From NCBI RefSeq assembly GCF_009734345.1, contig NZ_CP032551.1, forward strand, positions 2,190,001 to 2,222,000: a stretch of 32,000 bases of DNA. Direction: 5' to 3'. The notes beneath the pieces are model-generated. The model was not told the origin of the DNA and made no database searches. It saw nothing but the letters and a program-made list of their open reading frames with translations. Made by a program: the position numbers and the translations under genes. This document shows positions 28,438-32,000 of the stretch, in pieces. Every line of letters starts with the position of its first letter. Position 1 is the stretch's first letter. Origin of the DNA: Pseudidiomarina andamanensis. Lineage in GTDB: Bacteria > Pseudomonadota > Gammaproteobacteria > Enterobacterales > Alteromonadaceae.

Positions 28438-29699
28438 TGAATAAACTCATTGCATGGTTTGACGAACGTATTCCGATGACCAAAACGTGGAATATCCACT
28501 TAGCTCAGTATCCAGCTCCAAAAAACTTTAACTTCTGGTACATCTTTGGTGTGCTAGCAACGTTAGTTTTGGTCAACCAAATTTTGACCGGTATCTGGCT
28601 AACCATGAACTACGTACCATCAGCTGAAGGCGCTTTCGCTTCAGTTGAATTTATCATGCGTGATATTGAGTACGGTTGGTTGCTTCGCTACATGCACTCA
28701 ACCGGTGCATCTGCGTTCTTCGTGGTGGTCTACTTGCATATGTTCCGTGGCATGATGTACGGCTCTTATCAGAAGCCGCGCGAATTGCTGTGGGTATTCG
28801 GTATGCTCATCTTCCTCGTGCTAATGGCAGAAGCTTTCATGGGTTATTTGTTGCCATGGGGGCAGATGTCTTACTGGGGTGCACAGGTCATCATCTCTTT
28901 GTTCGGTGCCATTCCAATTATTGGTGACGATTTAACTCTGTGGATTCGTGGTGACTACGTTATCTCAGGCGCGACGCTGAACCGCTTCTTTGCATTGCAC
29001 GTGATTGCATTGCCATTAGTGTTGGTTATTTTGGTGTTCTTGCACATCATCGCACTACACGAAGTGGGCTCGAACAACCCTGAAGGTGTTTCTATCAAGA
29101 AACCTAAGGGTTCAGTACCAGACTCAGAAAAGCCGAAGTTTACCTTCCATGAGCGCTTCACTAAGAAGTATGACATTGTTGATGCTTTCCCATTCTTCCC
29201 GTATTACATCGTGAAAGATTTAGTGGGCGTGGCTATCTTCTTGTTCTTCTTCTGCTACGTTATTTTCTTCGCTCCTGCAATGGGCGGCTTGTTCCTTGAG
29301 CCACCAAACTTTGAAGCGGCGAACCCGTTGAAGACTCCGGCACACATTGCTCCAGTATGGTACTTCACCCCGTTCTACGCAATTTTGCGTGCGGTACCTG
29401 ATAAATTATTGGGTGTTATTTTGATGTTCGGTGCCATTGTTGCGCTATTCGTACTGCCTTGGCTAGACCGTGGCAAGGTACGCTCTGTGCGTTACCGTAG
29501 TACCTTCCATAAAGTAAACCTGACTGTATTCGCAATTAGCTTTATTGCACTCGGTTATCTTGGTCTGAAGCCGGCGACAGAGGTGTATACCATGTTCGCG
29601 CGTATCTTCACCTTCTTGTACTTTGCGTTCTTCGTATTGTTGTTCTTCTACAGTAAGAATGAAAACACGAAGCCAGTTCCAGAGAGGATTACTAAGTGA
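28437..29699 (+). CDS. petB: Cytochrome b of the bc1 complex
   Basis: 420 aa polytopic protein with conserved heme-ligand His contexts (RYMHSTGAS, FALHVIALP). Its ATG overlaps the petA TAA by 1 nt. Confidence 0.96.
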   Translation: MNKLIAWFDERIPMTKTWNIHLAQYPAPKNFNFWYIFGVLATLVLVNQILTGIWLTMNYVPSAEGAFASVEFIMRDIEYGWLLRYMHSTGASAFFVVVYLHMFRGMMYGSYQKPRELLWVFGMLIFLVLMAEAFMGYLLPWGQMSYWGAQVIISLFGAIPIIGDDLTLWIRGDYVISGATLNRFFALHVIALPLVLVILVFLHIIALHEVGSNNPEGVSIKKPKGSVPDSEKPKFTFHERFTKKYDIVDAFPFFPYYIVKDLVGVAIFLFFFCYVIFFAPAMGGLFLEPPNFEAANPLKTPAHIAPVWYFTPFYAILRAVPDKLLGVILMFGAIVALFVLPWLDRGKVRSVRYRSTFHKVNLTVFAISFIALGYLGLKPATEVYTMFARIFTFLYFAFFVLLFFYSKNENTKPVPERITK

Positions 29700-30445
29700 T
29701 GAAACAGTTAATCAAAAATACTCTGCTGGTAGCAGCATCACTGTGGTCGGTTGCAAGTTTCGCAGCCGACCCGACAGTACCACTGGACAAAGCAAACGTT
29801 GATTTACACGACAAAGCGTCGTTGCAACGTGGTGCACAGTTGTTCATGAACTATTGCTTGGGTTGTCACTCAATGCAGTACCAGCGCTATAACCGTACGT
29901 TCCGTGATTTAGAAATTCCGGAAGAGTTAGGTGTTGAGAATCTGCAGTTTACCGGCGAGAAAGTAGGTGACTTGATCACCAACGCTATGGCGACTGAAGA
30001 TGCTGGTAACTGGTTCGGTACCGCAGCACCAGATTTAACTTTGGTGTCTCGTGTGCGCGGTGCTGACTGGATCTATACCTATTTACGCTCGTTCTATGTT
30101 GATGAGAGCCGTCCATTCGGTGTCAACAACGCTGTATTCCCAAATGTGGGTATGCCGCACGTACTAGAAGAGCTTCAAGGTATTCCACGCAAAACCACCG
30201 AGCAACGAATGATTGACGGTGAAATGCAAGACGTTTATGTGGGCATTAAAACCGACGGCAGCGGTATGTTGACTGAAGCTGAATACGATCAGGCAGCGTT
30301 AGATCTGACCAACTTTTTGGTTTACACCGGTGAACCGATGATGTTGGAGCAGCAGCGCATTGGTTGGTATGTGTTCGGTTTCCTACTAGTCTTTTTAATT
30401 TTCGCAGTACTGCTGAAACGCGAATTCTTTAAGGACGTGAAATAA
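29699..30445 (+). CDS. petC: Cytochrome c1
   Basis: It has a signal peptide, the heme-binding motif CLGCHS and a C-terminal TM anchor. The ATG at 29699 overlaps the petB TGA (TGATG). The GTG at 29696 is an alternative start. Confidence 0.93.
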   Translation: MKQLIKNTLLVAASLWSVASFAADPTVPLDKANVDLHDKASLQRGAQLFMNYCLGCHSMQYQRYNRTFRDLEIPEELGVENLQFTGEKVGDLITNAMATEDAGNWFGTAAPDLTLVSRVRGADWIYTYLRSFYVDESRPFGVNNAVFPNVGMPHVLEELQGIPRKTTEQRMIDGEMQDVYVGIKTDGSGMLTEAEYDQAALDLTNFLVYTGEPMMLEQQRIGWYVFGFLLVFLIFAVLLKREFFKDVK

Positions 30446-30462
30446 GCTTTATGGAGAACAAC

Positions 30463-31092
30463 ATGTCGGTTGCGGCAAACAAGCGGTCAGTGATGACCTT
30501 ATATTCGGGCGTAAATGACTTACGCAGCCATCAAACACGTATCGTGCTCGCTGAAAAAGGCGTGGGCGTTGAGATTACTTTTGTTGAACCGGATAATCTT
30601 CCGGAAGACTTAATGCAACTCAATCCATATGCTGACGCGTTGCCAACGTTGGTGGATCGTGAGTTGGTGCTATACAACGCTCATATCATCATGGAATATC
30701 TTGATGAACGTTTCCCGCATCCGCCATTGATGCCGGTATATCCGGTAGCGCGTGGCACGAGTCGATTGATGATGTATCGCATTGATCGCGATTGGTATGC
30801 GTTAGCGGATAAAATTCTAGCTGGTGGAAAAGGCGCAGATGCTGCTCGTCAAGAATTACGCGAAGGTATTCTTGCACTGGCACCACTATTCGCTGATTCA
30901 CCGTTCTTCATGAGTGAAGAGTTTAGCTTGGTAGACTGCTACTTGGCGCCGTTGCTGTGGCGTTTGCCACTGTACGGTATCCAATTAGAAGGTACTGGTG
31001 CGAAAGAAGTAAAAGCCTACATGGTTCGCGTGTTTGAGCGTGAATCATTCCAAGAATCACTCACAGACATTGAGCGAGACTTAGGTCGGTGA
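30463..31092 (+). CDS. sspA: Stringent starvation protein A
   Basis: Starting at 30463 gives MSVAANKRSVMTLYSG, which aligns with E. coli SspA (MAVAANKRSVMTLFSG). GGAG lies 6 nt upstream. 209 aa. Confidence 0.95.
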   Translation: MSVAANKRSVMTLYSGVNDLRSHQTRIVLAEKGVGVEITFVEPDNLPEDLMQLNPYADALPTLVDRELVLYNAHIIMEYLDERFPHPPLMPVYPVARGTSRLMMYRIDRDWYALADKILAGGKGADAARQELREGILALAPLFADSPFFMSEEFSLVDCYLAPLLWRLPLYGIQLEGTGAKEVKAYMVRVFERESFQESLTDIERDLGR

Positions 31093-31562
31093 GTGATGAA
31101 GCTATGACACCGCGTCGCCCGTACTTAGTGCGGGCGATGTATGAATGGCTTTTGGATAATCAGCTTACACCGCATCTCGCGGTTGATGCTGATTACCCAG
31201 GCTGTCAGGTGCCATGGCAATTTGTTCAAGATGGTCAAATCATCTTGAACATTTCCCCTACCGCAGTAACCAATTTCACCGCCGATAATGAAGCCGTTCA
31301 GTTTAATGCTCGTTTCTCAGGTAATCCGCATCGCGTCATCGTACCGATGGGTGCTATTCTTGCGATGTATGCGCGAGAAAACGGCGCGGGTAGTATGTTC
31401 GAGCCTGAGCCCTATTATGAGAATCCAACTGCGATATCGCCTGTTAGCGAGTCTGTGACTGAGACCACTAAGAGCGAAACAGCAGAAAAAGATACGGATA
31501 CCAAGAAAAAAGAAAGCCAGAAGAAAAAATCTTCCAGCTCTCATTTACGTGTCGTCAAATAA
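31089..31562 (+). CDS. sspB: ClpXP adaptor stringent starvation protein B
   Basis: It contains TPRRPYLVRAMYEWLLDNQLTPHL and the C-terminal ClpX-binding tail LRVVK. The GTG at 31089 overlaps the sspA TGA and gives the same 6-residue lead as E. coli SspB. The ATG at 31104 is an alternative start. Confidence 0.9.
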   Translation: MSDEAMTPRRPYLVRAMYEWLLDNQLTPHLAVDADYPGCQVPWQFVQDGQIILNISPTAVTNFTADNEAVQFNARFSGNPHRVIVPMGAILAMYARENGAGSMFEPEPYYENPTAISPVSESVTETTKSETAEKDTDTKKKESQKKKSSSSHLRVVK

Positions 31563-31574
31563 CTCGAGTTGAGT

Positions 31575-32000
31575 TTATTCAAAAGCGTCAATCACGCGTG
31601 TGACGCCGTTGATATTTCGTGCAATGTCGATTGCCTGACGTGCGATATCTCGTTCGACAAAACCCATCAATGCAACTTCACCATTTTCTGTAACCACCTT
31701 AATATCACTCGCTTTTATTTTATCATCGGCAATAAATTTCGCTTTGATTTTGCTGGTGATATAAGTGTCTTGGCTAATTTGACCAATTGAAATAACCGGT
31801 GCCACTTTCAATTCATTGTGAACCCTGTCGACACCTTGAGTGTTACGCACAAGGTGACTTGCTAAGTCACGGAGTGAACTATTCGTTACTTGACCCAATA
31901 ACAATACAGAGCGATTGAATGAAACAACCTGTACGCGGGAGTCGTCCAAGCGGTCTTCCCCTTTCAATGCAGTGATAACGCGAACTTCAATAGTTTGATC
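31575..32000 (-). CDS. dolP: BON-domain outer-membrane lipoprotein DolP (YraP), 5' partial
   Basis: The minus-strand frame stays open to the window edge (...DQTIEVRVITALKGEDRLDDSRVQVVSFNRSVLLLGQV...). The TTG start at 31967 in the ORF track is therefore an artefact. There are two BON-like repeats, and the protein ends ...GVTRVIDAFE. Confidence 0.8.
   Translation of the reverse strand, partial: DQTIEVRVITALKGEDRLDDSRVQVVSFNRSVLLLGQVTNSSLRDLASHLVRNTQGVDRVHNELKVAPVISIGQISQDTYITSKIKAKFIADDKIKASDIKVVTENGEVALMGFVERDIARQAIDIARNINGVTRVIDAFE

Noticed and set aside
30878-30894. There are TGGCAC matches that could be sigma-54 -24 elements, which seemed worth checking because rpoN is in the window. One is TGGCACcactaTTCGC inside sspA, and there are others at about 2283, 3236, 6675 and 23413.
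   Set aside because: All of them lie inside coding sequences, and none has the required TTGC(A/T) -12 element at the correct spacing.

Overview
This window is a syntenic core-genome block from a gammaproteobacterium. The gene order and the presence of petABC suggest an Alteromonadales- or Vibrionales-like marine organism, but I cannot name the species from sequence alone. Almost every base is explained by recognisable housekeeping genes. In order they are: yhdP (5' partial), a C-N hydrolase, tldD, yjgA (minus), pmbA, then a long minus-strand run (kdsD-kdsC-lptC-lptA-lptB-rpoN-hpf-ptsN-rapZ-ptsO-mgtE). After that come mlaFEDCB-ibaG-murA on the plus strand, degQ-degS (minus), zapG (minus), zapE, a Na/Pi-cotransporter/PhoU-like gene, rplM-rpsI, petABC, sspAB and a 5'-partial dolP (minus). 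I found no tRNA or rRNA genes, CRISPR array, transposase, integrase, phage gene or defence-type gene, so I cannot support a novel multi-gene system here. The one thing the gene map does not explain is a three-copy family of roughly 140-157 bp intergenic palindromic elements (about 6173-6329, 23213-23354 and 26525-26673). Their inverted-repeat arms are tandem heptamers, (CGTTATT)n on the left and (CGAATAA)n on the right, with a different copy number in every arm. They flank a T-rich core that has no indels between copies. The copies sit exactly at gene boundaries and promoters, and I do not recognise them as a named repeat family. Other notes are minor: start-codon corrections to the ORF track, gene overlaps, candidate promoters, terminators and leader hairpins.
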